This document shows, piece after piece, positions 9,613 through 19,787 of a stretch of 64,000 nucleotides of DNA (positions within the stretch are counted from its first letter, which is position 1; every line of letters starts with the position of its first letter). The DNA lies in assembly GCA_041666145.1 (NCBI GenBank), contig JBAYHK010000005.1:8921-72920 (forward strand), in the 5' to 3' direction. The stretch is from Patescibacteria group bacterium (GTDB lineage Bacteria; Patescibacteriota; Patescibacteriia; UBA9934). A model generated the notes under the pieces. The model was not told where the DNA came from. It saw only the letters and a list, made by a program, of their open reading frames with translations, and searched no databases. A program made the position numbers and the translations under genes.

Positions 9613-10404
9613 TTACAAAGCAACAAAAATCAAAAGCATAAGCAATCCAAAGCCTATTCGATAATATGCAAATGGAAGAAAATCTTTTGTTTGAATGAAA
9701 TGGAGGAATGCACGAATAACAAAGAAAGCTGAAACAAATGCAGTAATAAAACCAACAATCAAAAGTTCAACTTCGCTTAAAGTAAGCGACACCCCATCTT
9801 TCATGAGCGTATAGATTGAAGCAGCGGCAAGTGTTGGTATTGCAAGCAAAAATGAAAACTCAGCAGCAACTGGACGTGTAACGCCAAGCATGAGTGCTCC
9901 AATTATCGTCGCAGCAGAACGCGATGTTCCGGGAATGAGTGCCAAACATTGAACTCCGCCTATAAAAAATGCCACCTTGTAAGACATCCGGTCGATACTC
10001 TTTATGTATTCCGTGTGACGACCCCACTCTATAAACATGAGAGCGATGCCTCCAACAATTAACGCAAGCGCTACGATAATAGGATTAAAAAGCGACTCTT
10101 TTATTACTGAACCAAAAAGTCCGCCAAGCACAATTGCTGGAATTACCGCAATCAGAATCTTTGTCCATGTTTTCAAAACAACACGATCTATCTTTTTATG
10201 AGTAACTGGCCAAATTTTCTTCCAATACACCACAACAACAGCAAGAATTGCACCAAACTGTATGACAACGTCAAACGTCTTTGTAAAATCTTCAGAAAAG
10301 GCAATCCACTGATTTGCAAGAATGAGATGCCCTGTCGACGATATTGGTAAAAATTCAGTAATGCCTTCAATCAGCCCAAGTGCAATTGCCTTGAGAAATT
10401 CCAT
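9613..10404 (-). CDS. uppP: Undecaprenyl-diphosphatase
   Basis: GITEFLPISSTGHLIL and PGTSRSAATI signatures. Polytopic membrane protein, 263 aa. Confidence 0.9.
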   Translation of the reverse strand: MEFLKAIALGLIEGITEFLPISSTGHLILANQWIAFSEDFTKTFDVVIQFGAILAVVVVYWKKIWPVTHKKIDRVVLKTWTKILIAVIPAIVLGGLFGSVIKESLFNPIIVALALIVGGIALMFIEWGRHTEYIKSIDRMSYKVAFFIGGVQCLALIPGTSRSAATIIGALMLGVTRPVAAEFSFLLAIPTLAAASIYTLMKDGVSLTLSEVELLIVGFITAFVSAFFVIRAFLHFIQTKDFLPFAYYRIGFGLLMLLIFVAL

Positions 10405-10406
10405 AA

Positions 10407-12365
10407 TTAATCATCAAAATGGATGTGCTCTCCTGGAGCAACTGGCATAGGCACGGCACTAACGGTCGTTGCCGCAACAACTGGATCCTTACGTTCCGCG
10501 GTAACATCGGGTGAATACACTTTCGGTCCTTTAAAGGCTTCCACTTGTTTTCTTTGCCGATACGGCTTCTTTTTTGTAAAAGATTCTGAACCAACAGATG
10601 CAACCACCGGTCGAGGAACGAAAACCTTCTGCTGAATTAATGAAGGTGTCTGTTGTTTGGATACTAAAGGAACAGTGGAGGCATTCTCTTCGTGTCGATG
10701 AGGCTCTGTAAAAACAGAACGGGACGGAAGATTGTTCAAAGAAACCTCCCCGGAAGTTGGAATGACAATCGCCTCTCCATCCTTTGGCGTTGGTGGAGGA
10801 TAGTATTTTTCACCTGGTCTCGGCGTTCGCACGGAAACATTTTTCTCCCCCTTCTTCTTCCGTTCTTCGACGATTAACGTATGACAATCATCACAATAAA
10901 TTGGACGAGTTCTATCTAGTTCTACTGGAAGAGAAAACTTCTTTCCGCAACGCGCACAGTCATACTCGTGTCCAAATCGAGCCCTTTTCGCTTCCTTCTT
11001 TTCTGCAGAAATTTTTGCAAACTCAGCTCCAACATCAAGATTCTGATCAAAACCGCTCCAAGTCATCACTCTTTCTTCAATCATTTTTCGATTTCCTCCG
11101 AATCGTTCACGAGATTGCTGAACAACCTTTTCCTCACTTCCTGTTCGCTGTGCTATCGGCGGAAGTGTTAATGCAGAAAATGGCTGGCTCGTAACACCAT
11201 CAATCATTAACTTTAAATAAATTCCATACTTTGGAAGGTTGATCAAATCTTCTGGCGTAAATCTTGGCATGAATTCACTTTCCATGAATTCAGCGTCTTT
11301 TGCACCAATACGAAATGTAATCAAGCTCCCCACATTTCCGAATACCGCGTCACGAACAGCAGTAGAAGTTAAACTATCGAGTTGCGCAATATACTGATGA
11401 GCAATAATGAGATTCAACCTATATTTCCGAGCCTCAGAAAGAATGTCCGCAAATGACTCTGTGGCAAAATTCTGAAATTCATCAACATACAGATAGAAAT
11501 CCTGTCGATCATTCTCGTTACGAATGTTCACACGCTCCATTGCAGACATGTAAATTTTCGTGATGATCATTCCGCCTAAAATGCGCATGGCATCTTCTCC
11601 AATCTGACCTTTGGAAAGATTAATGAGAAGAATTTTTTTATCGTCCATGATCTCACGGAAACTAAAAGCGGACTTTGATTGTGCAACAATATTGCGCATC
11701 ATTGTTGATGCCAAAAATTGTCCAACCTTGTTTTGAATTGGCGCAGAAGCCTCGGCAGCAAACTTTACATCATACATGGCAAATTCCTTAAGCCAGAAGG
11801 CCTGAACCATCGGATCTTTTACATTTTGAACAATCTCTGCCCTATATTCCTTGTCTGAAAGCATGCGATTGATTCCAAGCAATGTTGTTCCTGGAGTATC
11901 AAGAAGCGCGAGAATCGTATATTGCAAAATGTATTCCATGCGAGCGCTCCAAACGTTCTCCCATACCTTTTTAAAAATCGAAAGAAGACTGTACATCACC
12001 TTTGAGTTGTAATCATTCACAAGCTCCCATCCCTCTGTCTTCTCTAACATGTTAAACGCAATTGGAAAGTCACTATCTGCAGGATTGAAATACACAACAT
12101 CATTAATTCGCCAGGAGGGAATGTAATCAAGCATTTTACTTACAGTATCGCCATGTGGATCGATATAACAACATCCATGACCAGCATAGATGTCGGCTAA
12201 AATCATATTCTCAAGCAACGTAGTCTTCCCCATTCCAGTCTTTCCGACCATGTATATATGACGACGACGATCGTCTGTCTTAATACCAAATCTTCGCATG
12301 CCATTGCGAAAATTTGTTTGGCCAAAGTAGATAATATCCTTCTCGTGATCATGTTCGTATCTCAT
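10407..12365 (-). CDS. VirD4/TraG-like (FtsK-HerA superfamily) P-loop ATPase with a C-terminal zinc ribbon and Pro-rich tail
   Basis: GKTGMGKTT Walker A followed by CCYIDPHGD (DPxGD box of coupling proteins), LYVDEFQNF Walker B, IAHQYIAQL. C-terminal part has CARCGKKF...YCDDCH then a low-complexity Pro-rich tail. Confidence 0.6.
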   Translation of the reverse strand: MRYEHDHEKDIIYFGQTNFRNGMRRFGIKTDDRRRHIYMVGKTGMGKTTLLENMILADIYAGHGCCYIDPHGDTVSKMLDYIPSWRINDVVYFNPADSDFPIAFNMLEKTEGWELVNDYNSKVMYSLLSIFKKVWENVWSARMEYILQYTILALLDTPGTTLLGINRMLSDKEYRAEIVQNVKDPMVQAFWLKEFAMYDVKFAAEASAPIQNKVGQFLASTMMRNIVAQSKSAFSFREIMDDKKILLINLSKGQIGEDAMRILGGMIITKIYMSAMERVNIRNENDRQDFYLYVDEFQNFATESFADILSEARKYRLNLIIAHQYIAQLDSLTSTAVRDAVFGNVGSLITFRIGAKDAEFMESEFMPRFTPEDLINLPKYGIYLKLMIDGVTSQPFSALTLPPIAQRTGSEEKVVQQSRERFGGNRKMIEERVMTWSGFDQNLDVGAEFAKISAEKKEAKRARFGHEYDCARCGKKFSLPVELDRTRPIYCDDCHTLIVEERKKKGEKNVSVRTPRPGEKYYPPPTPKDGEAIVIPTSGEVSLNNLPSRSVFTEPHRHEENASTVPLVSKQQTPSLIQQKVFVPRPVVASVGSESFTKKKPYRQRKQVEAFKGPKVYSPDVTAERKDPVVAATTVSAVPMPVAPGEHIHFDD

Positions 12366-12371
12366 ACGATG

Positions 12372-13889
12372 CTATATTGGAAGATTCGGAGGAACATCGC
12401 TCTCTCGAATAGCAGCCGGCATTATCTGTTCTACATTCGCATGCTCCGTTGGAGATGTTGGAGTCGGCAAGAGTAGCTCAGATTCTGGAAGAGATCTGAC
12501 ACGCTCCTCTTCTTTTGTCTCTTCAATAGTTCGTTTCCAATTTGGGAGCTGAGGATCTTCTTTACTAGCAAAACTCAATGTATCCGGCGCCTCTGCACGA
12601 CGCGCCCCTACGTTACTCAATACTGGAGTTCTCGCATCAGCTGCCGGAAAATGAAACAACGTAGCCAACTCTTCAACATTCATATACAACCAGTCAGCCC
12701 CCTCTCCTCCACTTCTCCGCTTATAACGAGAAACTAATTTTCGTTGCTTACCCGCCATCTGCCATTCCTGCCAAATGTAATCATTTTTTGGTACAGAAGG
12801 TGCAAAAAGTCCCAAACGATTCATGTATTGATGATTGAATGTCGCAAACATACCCTTAGCAGAACTCGCCATAAGTCCCCGACTAAACTTCTTTTTTGGA
12901 CCTGAAGAAACCCAGCGGATTTTCGTCTTCCATGTTACCTTGGAAATTTTTTCTGCAACTGCATCCATTATGAGACGTTCATGCGAGGTCATTCGAAACA
13001 TACGAAAGTCATCTTTCTTTTCCTCATGAGCCGCTTCACCAAAACCAACCCCCGCTACCTGAGTCAGGATACCCTTAGGCAACCAAAGGACATTTTCAGC
13101 TAATGCACCAAATGCACTGGGTTTTTGCTTCTTCTCTTTACCCATCATGGCATTCAAATATTCAGCACCCTCTTTTACAAGCGTCTGACTATCTGGTGGC
13201 TGAATGATGATCTGAATCCAAAAATATTCTCTCTCCTTCATTTTCCCCAAAAACTCAATAATTGGTAGCAATGGATCTTTAAAACGAAAATCCTTCTCTC
13301 CTTGGTGCTCAAATTCTTTGTATGTTCGAATTGGAAAATAAGATTTTTCAGCGAATACCATTTCACTTCCAAAAACTTCAAACTCTTCATTTGGATATTC
13401 ATTCGGCAATACATCTACATAGTCATCTACTTCTATAATCTGTGCCTCGGGATATTGCGCATACAAAGCAGCCTCAACCAAATCACGATATTTATCAATA
13501 GTGCGAATTAAAAATCGAACATTCCCCTCACTTCCAACGATCTCAAGACTAAAAAAAGATTGAAATTTCCCGATCAGCCAGACTTCTCTCCAAGTAATCG
13601 CAGACTTCACACCGGAAATATTCATGAAAAAATTCTCCATGCCCTTCGGGGTATTGATCGCATCCTGAGGAACACGAATTTCTAATAACTGCCATCGCAA
13701 TGCAGCATTATATTTTCCTTGTTTATAATCCATCCAGATATGCGTCAAGCCCCAGATAATAACACCAAAAATTGGAATCCACCCGACCACGAGCAAGGCT
13801 TGAGCCGCAATAAGTGGCAGAGGAGTTGTATTTATGTAATGTAAAACTGTCGTTGGAAGCGAAATGGCAATACCAAGCATAGATAACAA
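12372..13889 (-). CDS. Membrane protein (2 N-terminal TM helices plus ~430-aa soluble domain), partner of the VirD4-like ATPase
   Basis: 505 aa. Hydrophobic helices at residues ~10-50, no recognisable catalytic motif. A 6-nt gap to the downstream ATPase gene implies one operon. Confidence 0.45.
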   Translation of the reverse strand: MLSMLGIAISLPTTVLHYINTTPLPLIAAQALLVVGWIPIFGVIIWGLTHIWMDYKQGKYNAALRWQLLEIRVPQDAINTPKGMENFFMNISGVKSAITWREVWLIGKFQSFFSLEIVGSEGNVRFLIRTIDKYRDLVEAALYAQYPEAQIIEVDDYVDVLPNEYPNEEFEVFGSEMVFAEKSYFPIRTYKEFEHQGEKDFRFKDPLLPIIEFLGKMKEREYFWIQIIIQPPDSQTLVKEGAEYLNAMMGKEKKQKPSAFGALAENVLWLPKGILTQVAGVGFGEAAHEEKKDDFRMFRMTSHERLIMDAVAEKISKVTWKTKIRWVSSGPKKKFSRGLMASSAKGMFATFNHQYMNRLGLFAPSVPKNDYIWQEWQMAGKQRKLVSRYKRRSGGEGADWLYMNVEELATLFHFPAADARTPVLSNVGARRAEAPDTLSFASKEDPQLPNWKRTIEETKEEERVRSLPESELLLPTPTSPTEHANVEQIMPAAIRESDVPPNLPI

Positions 13890-13927
13890 AAGTATAGCAC
13901 GTTAACGTTGCGAAATATTCATAAAAT

Positions 13928-13966
13928 AAAAAAACTCAGACAGCATGTCTGAGTCTTTTTATTTTA
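13928..13966. terminator. Bidirectional intrinsic terminator after secDF
   Basis: A-run, then actcagac-agcat-gtctgagt (8-bp stem), then ctttttatttt. It sits between the secF stop and the next gene. Confidence 0.6.
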
Positions 13967-13980
13967 AAAAAATACAATGT

Positions 13981-14880
13981 TTATGCACGATTCGCTCTCC
14001 ATCTTTCCCATTCAACCAAAAGCGGGCTCGCAATAAAAATCGATGAATACGCACCGGAAACTAAACCAATCATCAGTGCTAAAACGAAAGGTCTTGTAGT
14101 CTCACCACCAACCAAGAAAACAGCGAACAACGGAAGGAATGAAGAGAATGTTGTATTCAATGAACGAGCGAGCGTTTCCATTATGCTTGAATTCACAATG
14201 TCTCCAAATGACATGTCACTATGTCTACGACGAAGAAGATTTTCGCGAGTTCGATCAAGGACAACGATCGTGTCATTAATGGAGTATCCAAGAATCGTCA
14301 AAACCGCAGCCACGAAGGCCATGTCAACTTGATATCCAAAATAATGGCCCAAGACCGCAAAAACACCCAACGGAATCATCACATCGTGAAATGCGGCAAT
14401 CATAGTAACTACCCCATATTTCCATGAGGCAACTGGGTGTGTGACCTTACGAAACGCCCAAGCAACGTAAACAAGAATAAGAATGAGCATCAGTACCGAT
14501 GCAGATATGGATGCGCTTCGTAACTCATCACCAATCACAGGGCCAACCGTATCAAAGCGGATCTCTTTCGCGTCTACAGAAAGAGCTCTTACTATTGAAA
14601 GAATCATCTGGTGCTGTTCTTCAGTTACTGGCGCCAATCGAACAAAATATGTGTCGCCTTCGCCCTGCTGCACAACCGATTCAAAACCACCGGCTGTTGC
14701 CGCTTCACGGATCGCGCTCACCGATGTTCCAGGCGCTGAAATCTGCATCAAGCTACCACCGGTAAAATCAATACCAAAATTCAGACCGTACGCCAAAAGT
14801 GCACCAAATGCGAGAACAACAATAGCGACAGATATCGCGAGCCAAAGCTTAGACTTTCCAATAATGTTTATAGGTTTCAT
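13981..14880 (-). CDS. secF: Protein translocase subunit SecF
   Basis: N-terminal TM then GIDFTGGSLMQI SecF signature. Six-TM RND-like C-terminal half. Confidence 0.9.
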   Translation of the reverse strand: MKPINIIGKSKLWLAISVAIVVLAFGALLAYGLNFGIDFTGGSLMQISAPGTSVSAIREAATAGGFESVVQQGEGDTYFVRLAPVTEEQHQMILSIVRALSVDAKEIRFDTVGPVIGDELRSASISASVLMLILILVYVAWAFRKVTHPVASWKYGVVTMIAAFHDVMIPLGVFAVLGHYFGYQVDMAFVAAVLTILGYSINDTIVVLDRTRENLLRRRHSDMSFGDIVNSSIMETLARSLNTTFSSFLPLFAVFLVGGETTRPFVLALMIGLVSGAYSSIFIASPLLVEWERWRANRA

Positions 14881-14886
14881 ACACGG

Positions 14887-16884
14887 CTAAAGACCAAGAA
14901 AGAAGAATTTTGAACGAACTTTTTGCATACGAGCAATCCTCCTTAAAATAAACCTGCAAACAACAAACGCGCAAAATAACGAAACAAACACACCCAATGC
15001 AAGCGTCAACGCAAACCCGCGAATTGATCCGGATGTAAGCTCAAAAAGGATGCCAGTCGCTATAAGAGTAGTTGTATTACCATCACGAATAGAAGGCCAT
15101 GCGCGACGGAAAGCTTCTTCAACTGCAGAAGGTAAATCACGACCAGATCGAAGCTCCTCTTTCATGCGCTCAAAAATAAGCACGTTTGCGTCAACCGCAA
15201 TACCAAGAGAAAAGATGAATCCAGCGATGCCAGATAACGTGATCGTCACACCGAATGTCTTAAAGAGCGCCAAGTTAAGAATTCCGTAAACCGCGAGTGA
15301 CACAATTGCCACCACGCCAGCAAGACGGTAGTACAACACCATGAAAAGAGCGACGAGCAAAAATCCAATCAAGCCAGCCTTAATGCTAAGGTCGAGCGAC
15401 TCTGCGCCAAGAGCTGGACCTATAGTCTGCTGACTCACGACGGCAATAGGTACAGGAAGCGCTCCAGCATTCAAACGTTGTGCTAATAACTTCGCTTCAG
15501 CAATCGTAAAGTTTCCGCTTATCGTAGCCTCTCCGCCATAAATCGGCTCATTAACAACTGGCGTTGTTATAGCCTCACCATCTAAAAAGATTCCAATGAT
15601 CTTCCCTACATTATTTTTTGTAAGCTCTGAGAAAAGCGCAGTTCCGTTCTCATTAAACTGCAAAATAACTAGTGGCGCCCCACTATTAGGATCAAATGCA
15701 ACTGACGCATGTTTTAAATCCTTTCCAGAAAGCTCCGTATTCTTCCAAGGATCAACGGTGAGAACATCAGAGGCCGTCGTCCAAGGCATCTCGATATGTG
15801 CAATCTCGTAACTTCTCGAAGGTCTTGACCCTACCCTATATAAAATATGGTACCCAAACTCTGTTTCAATAACATCTGAAATATTTGTATCACGAAGATT
15901 GTATGCAGCGTCTTCAAATGCTTGAACCATCTGACCTCGAGCAACATAGTCGAGATCTCCCCCATTTTTTCCAGATCCTGGATCATCTGAGTTCGCCTTT
16001 GCTAAGTCTGCAAAGTTTTGCGTTGTTGCTTCTGATTTTAATTGCTGCGCGAATGTAAGTGCCTCTTCTTTTGTTCGTGTTTGTGCACAACCAGTGGCTC
16101 CGCTATAACAAATCAAGATGTGAGAAATACGTGGTTCAGATTCCGTCTTCCTACTTATGTACTTAACAACATGCATTCGACTCGTACCTTCATAAAGCCC
16201 GTTAATAACACCAACTTTTAAACGTTTCGATTCAATCTGCTCAACAAGACCGTCATATTCTTTATCATCCGCAGTAACAAAACCAATATATCCACCGTTT
16301 GCTTTTGTCGATCCATCAATTGAGTTCTCCAAAGCAAGAGCGGCAAAGTCTTCGCCGGCAAGTGCCTTATCCATTATTGCAAGAGCATTCTTTCGCTCAT
16401 CAACCTGCGCCGCATCAATCTGCATCTGCTGCTCTTCTGTAGGTGTTGTATTTACATCTTCAATCGGAGTCCTGAATGCTAAAACTGGAGTCTCACCAAT
16501 CTGACTAATCGCACTCTGCACATCCGTCACGCCCGGAAGGTCCACAAGCACACGATAGTGACCATCTGAAACGTTTGTCTGCACAATAGGTTCTGCAACA
16601 CCAAAAGCATTCACGCGACGCTCAATAACATCACGAACGCCTTCAAGGGCAATATCTCGTTCCGCAGAATCAACCGACGTCATGTCAGCTTCGTAAACTA
16701 AATGCGCTCCACCCTTAAGATCTAGACCGAGCGTAAAGTCGCGCTCTGGAATATACGGCAAATGAAAGCCGACCTTCTCTTTCATGGTAACCATGACTGC
16801 ATTCCATTCCTTAGGGAAAGTCATGAGTCCTGCTGCAATGGCCAAAAGTACCAGCGCGGATGCGCCAATCACATTACGCTTCAT
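14887..16884 (-). CDS. secD: Protein translocase subunit SecD with two inserted parvulin-type PPIase domains
   Basis: GLDLKGGAHLVYE SecD P1 start and C-terminal RND-like TM bundle. Residues ~160-355 contain two parvulin-like segments, the second with ISHILI...GKNGGDLDYV...FGYHIL. Confidence 0.85.
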   Translation of the reverse strand: MKRNVIGASALVLLAIAAGLMTFPKEWNAVMVTMKEKVGFHLPYIPERDFTLGLDLKGGAHLVYEADMTSVDSAERDIALEGVRDVIERRVNAFGVAEPIVQTNVSDGHYRVLVDLPGVTDVQSAISQIGETPVLAFRTPIEDVNTTPTEEQQMQIDAAQVDERKNALAIMDKALAGEDFAALALENSIDGSTKANGGYIGFVTADDKEYDGLVEQIESKRLKVGVINGLYEGTSRMHVVKYISRKTESEPRISHILICYSGATGCAQTRTKEEALTFAQQLKSEATTQNFADLAKANSDDPGSGKNGGDLDYVARGQMVQAFEDAAYNLRDTNISDVIETEFGYHILYRVGSRPSRSYEIAHIEMPWTTASDVLTVDPWKNTELSGKDLKHASVAFDPNSGAPLVILQFNENGTALFSELTKNNVGKIIGIFLDGEAITTPVVNEPIYGGEATISGNFTIAEAKLLAQRLNAGALPVPIAVVSQQTIGPALGAESLDLSIKAGLIGFLLVALFMVLYYRLAGVVAIVSLAVYGILNLALFKTFGVTITLSGIAGFIFSLGIAVDANVLIFERMKEELRSGRDLPSAVEEAFRRAWPSIRDGNTTTLIATGILFELTSGSIRGFALTLALGVFVSLFCAFVVCRFILRRIARMQKVRSKFFFLGL

Positions 16885-16916
16885 AGTGCGTGCATTCTAG
16901 GCAAACTCAAGATATT

Positions 16917-18089
16917 TCACAAGGGATTTGCTGTGTATTCGCGTAATTCCTGCATCATTCGAAGGTAAAAACCAAGATTCTGTAAAGTAGCCAATCGTAA
17001 TCCAACGGTTTCTTGTGTCTTAAAAAGATGGCGAAGGTAGGCCCGAGAAAACTGTTTCGATGTAAAAACGTCACCGAAGGCATCTATAGAAGAAAGATCC
17101 TCAGTAAAACGCTCATTTGTTATTTGAATCTTTTCATAAAGCACTGCGGCTATCTCTTTGTCAGACCCACCGGAAACTGCAAGATCAAATGCAGAACGAA
17201 CTGCAATACGCGGATTCTGATTCCACACAAAAAGCGAACCATGTCTTGCGTTTCGCGTTGGAAGCACACAATCAAACATATCAATTCCAACGGAAACGTA
17301 ATACACAATCTCTTCTGGCATGCCTCCCCCCATGAAATATCGCGGTCGATCAGAAGGCATTATCGCCGCAAGCGCTTTTACAACACGAAATGTATCTTCA
17401 CGCTTTTCGCCAACAGAAAGACCGCCAATCGCATAACCGTCAAAATCAATCTCCTTCAAACCGTCTAACGATCGTCTTCGCAAATCCTCATGCGTACCGC
17501 CTTGTACAATCCCAAAAAGCAATGCCCTATCTTTCTTATCCTCAATCTGTTTAAAAAAATGCGCCTTCGAACGTACTGCCCAACGAAGTGACCGCTCCAT
17601 AGCATCTTCATATCGTTCACGAGTTGAGTCTCCGGCAGCTACGTCATCAAACTGCATTCGAATCGACGAACCGATCGCTTCTTGAATTTCCATTGATCGC
17701 TCTGGAGTTAGTCGAATTGTTGCGCCGTCAATATGCGACTGGAACGTAACACCGTCTTCATCTGTCGCATTCAAATTCGACAAACTGAAAACTTGATAGC
17801 CTCCACTATCGGTAAGCATAGGCCCCTCCCAATCCATCAACGATCGCATGCCTCCAAGATTACGCAAGACGTCTTCACCAGGACGCAACAGTAAATGGTA
17901 CGTATTTCCAAGAATAATCGACGCACCAAGCGTAGAGACTTCTTGAGGAAGCAACGTCTTTATCGCTCCAGCCGTTGCGATCGGCATAAAAACCGGCGTC
18001 TCAACAACGCCGTGAATAGTCGTCAATGTCGCACGCCTCGCCTGACCGCGCATGTTCCCTATCTTAAACGGAGATTCGATTTCGCTCAT
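16917..18089 (-). CDS. tgt: Queuine tRNA-ribosyltransferase (tRNA-guanine transglycosylase)
   Basis: RGQARRATLTTIHGVVETPVFMPIATAG N-terminus, catalytic Asp region and zinc CxCxxC...H site near the C-terminus. Start placed at MSEIES. Confidence 0.85.
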   Translation of the reverse strand: MSEIESPFKIGNMRGQARRATLTTIHGVVETPVFMPIATAGAIKTLLPQEVSTLGASIILGNTYHLLLRPGEDVLRNLGGMRSLMDWEGPMLTDSGGYQVFSLSNLNATDEDGVTFQSHIDGATIRLTPERSMEIQEAIGSSIRMQFDDVAAGDSTRERYEDAMERSLRWAVRSKAHFFKQIEDKKDRALLFGIVQGGTHEDLRRRSLDGLKEIDFDGYAIGGLSVGEKREDTFRVVKALAAIMPSDRPRYFMGGGMPEEIVYYVSVGIDMFDCVLPTRNARHGSLFVWNQNPRIAVRSAFDLAVSGGSDKEIAAVLYEKIQITNERFTEDLSSIDAFGDVFTSKQFSRAYLRHLFKTQETVGLRLATLQNLGFYLRMMQELREYTANPL

Positions 18090-18789
18090 ATAATCCAATA
18101 GAAACAGCAACGCCAACATTTAAAGACTCCAAAGCCGAATCAATGACAATTTTCACAGAAGTTCCCTCAATAGGAAGCACTATGCCCGCGCCCTCATTCC
18201 CAGCAATAATCATCGCAGGGCGTGTCCCGATCCTTGCAATATCAATCGCGCCTTCTGCAAGTTCCAATCGATAGACTACACGATTACATAAAGCGATGAG
18301 CTCTAAAGCGTCTTCGCGCGAAACCGTCATCCATGGCACACGAAGAATCGCACTTGCCGACGCACGTACGACTTTAGGACTTGTTACTTCTGCAGACTCA
18401 ATGAGAATCACGCTCGCACCAAAACCCAAACATGCACGAAGAATCGTTCCAACATTTCCAGGATCTTGAACCCCATCAAGAACAATAATCGTGTTTCTGG
18501 ACTGAACATCCTCAATCGTCCAATTCGGAATCTTTGCTACTGCTGCAAATGCCTGAGGAGTTTCTGTTGAAACAAATTCAGCAAAGCGCTTTGTGTCAGC
18601 AGAAGTAAAGGTCCATTCAACAAGACTCCCAGCATCACGAACAAACTTCTCGCCTTCGATAATAAATCTTCTAAGCTCTTTTCTACCTTTTTTTGTAGTT
18701 AATCGTGTTAGCAATTTTTCTTGAGTAGCTGTCAACATAGAAATTATTTCGCGGAGTCTTGAGCAAAAGCATCTTTCGCTACGTTCCAA
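18064..18789 (-). CDS. TrmH/SpoU-family RNA 2'-O-methyltransferase (RlmB-like)
   Basis: IILDGVQDPGNVGTILRACLGFGA and IPMEGTSVKI-like motifs of the SPOUT class. Confidence 0.8.
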   Translation of the reverse strand: MERSERCFCSRLREIISMLTATQEKLLTRLTTKKGRKELRRFIIEGEKFVRDAGSLVEWTFTSADTKRFAEFVSTETPQAFAAVAKIPNWTIEDVQSRNTIIVLDGVQDPGNVGTILRACLGFGASVILIESAEVTSPKVVRASASAILRVPWMTVSREDALELIALCNRVVYRLELAEGAIDIARIGTRPAMIIAGNEGAGIVLPIEGTSVKIVIDSALESLNVGVAVSIGLYERNRISV

Positions 18790-19787
18790 AGCGAATCATC
18801 ACCTTGAAGATGCTCGTAATACCACCATTCAACTCCCCAAAGCAATGCCTCATGAATTCCGGTCTCTTTCGCAAACTGAAGATGTTCTCGAAAATCATCT
18901 GCAGAAAAATTAACATCAATAGATCCCGATTCTTGAGGATTCCCAGTAAACCACGGCTCCATCTGAAGCTCCGAAATAACAATATCGTCAGTAAAGAATC
19001 GAGCTACAAATGCATGAACCCGATAATAAAATGGGGTATTTGGAAATGCCACCGGGCCAAGAATATCCTGGTGTGCAAATCTATAAAGACTAACACCTAT
19101 AGAATCACTCAATGAAGCAACATTAAACCAAAGTTCCTGCTCGCCACTTACTGTCATCATAATCGGTCGACTATCTAACGCTCGCACAAGTGCAACTTCC
19201 TGACGCAATCTCGACAAAGATGGCTCTGGACATTCGCCGTAAGAAAAGAATGGCTCATTCTCTACTTGCCATCGAGTGATCACGTCGTATTGACGAGTAT
19301 GAGAAACCAACGCCTGCATGTAACGCAATACCTGTCCGTCAAATCCCTGAACATTTGAATCATAAAAAGAAGGGATGTAACACTCTGGCCAACGAGGCAC
19401 CTTCATTCCAATCGCAAGCGTAACTGAAATATCGTGGTCTGCCGCGATATCAAGTAAACGATCAATTCTCGAAAAATCAAACTGCCCTTGAGCTACTTCA
19501 ACATCACTCCAATACACAGGGATTCGAACATCATGAACACCAAGATCATCCACAATCGCTCGCAGTGCTTCAGCCGAATCCAAACCAAGCGATTGTGCGT
19601 ATTTATCTGAAAAAGTCACTCCCAACGTTTGAGGAGAAGAACGGAGTAAAGAGAATCCCAATAGAAAGAACCCGCAAATCATGGACGTTAAAATGAATGC
19701 TGCGAATGCCGCATATTCTCGCCACCCACGAATCCTATGATGCCTCCAGTATTTCATGTTAAATTTCCTCTTTTTTCTCACGAACAA
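18744..19787 (-). CDS. Membrane-anchored TIM-barrel glycoside hydrolase (clan GH-A, GH5-like)
   Basis: N-terminal TM/signal-anchor. WQVENEP (acid/base Glu) and ISELQMEPW (nucleophile Glu) about 110 aa apart. Confidence 0.45.
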   Translation of the reverse strand: MFVRKKRKFNMKYWRHHRIRGWREYAAFAAFILTSMICGFFLLGFSLLRSSPQTLGVTFSDKYAQSLGLDSAEALRAIVDDLGVHDVRIPVYWSDVEVAQGQFDFSRIDRLLDIAADHDISVTLAIGMKVPRWPECYIPSFYDSNVQGFDGQVLRYMQALVSHTRQYDVITRWQVENEPFFSYGECPEPSLSRLRQEVALVRALDSRPIMMTVSGEQELWFNVASLSDSIGVSLYRFAHQDILGPVAFPNTPFYYRVHAFVARFFTDDIVISELQMEPWFTGNPQESGSIDVNFSADDFREHLQFAKETGIHEALLWGVEWWYYEHLQGDDSLWNVAKDAFAQDSAK

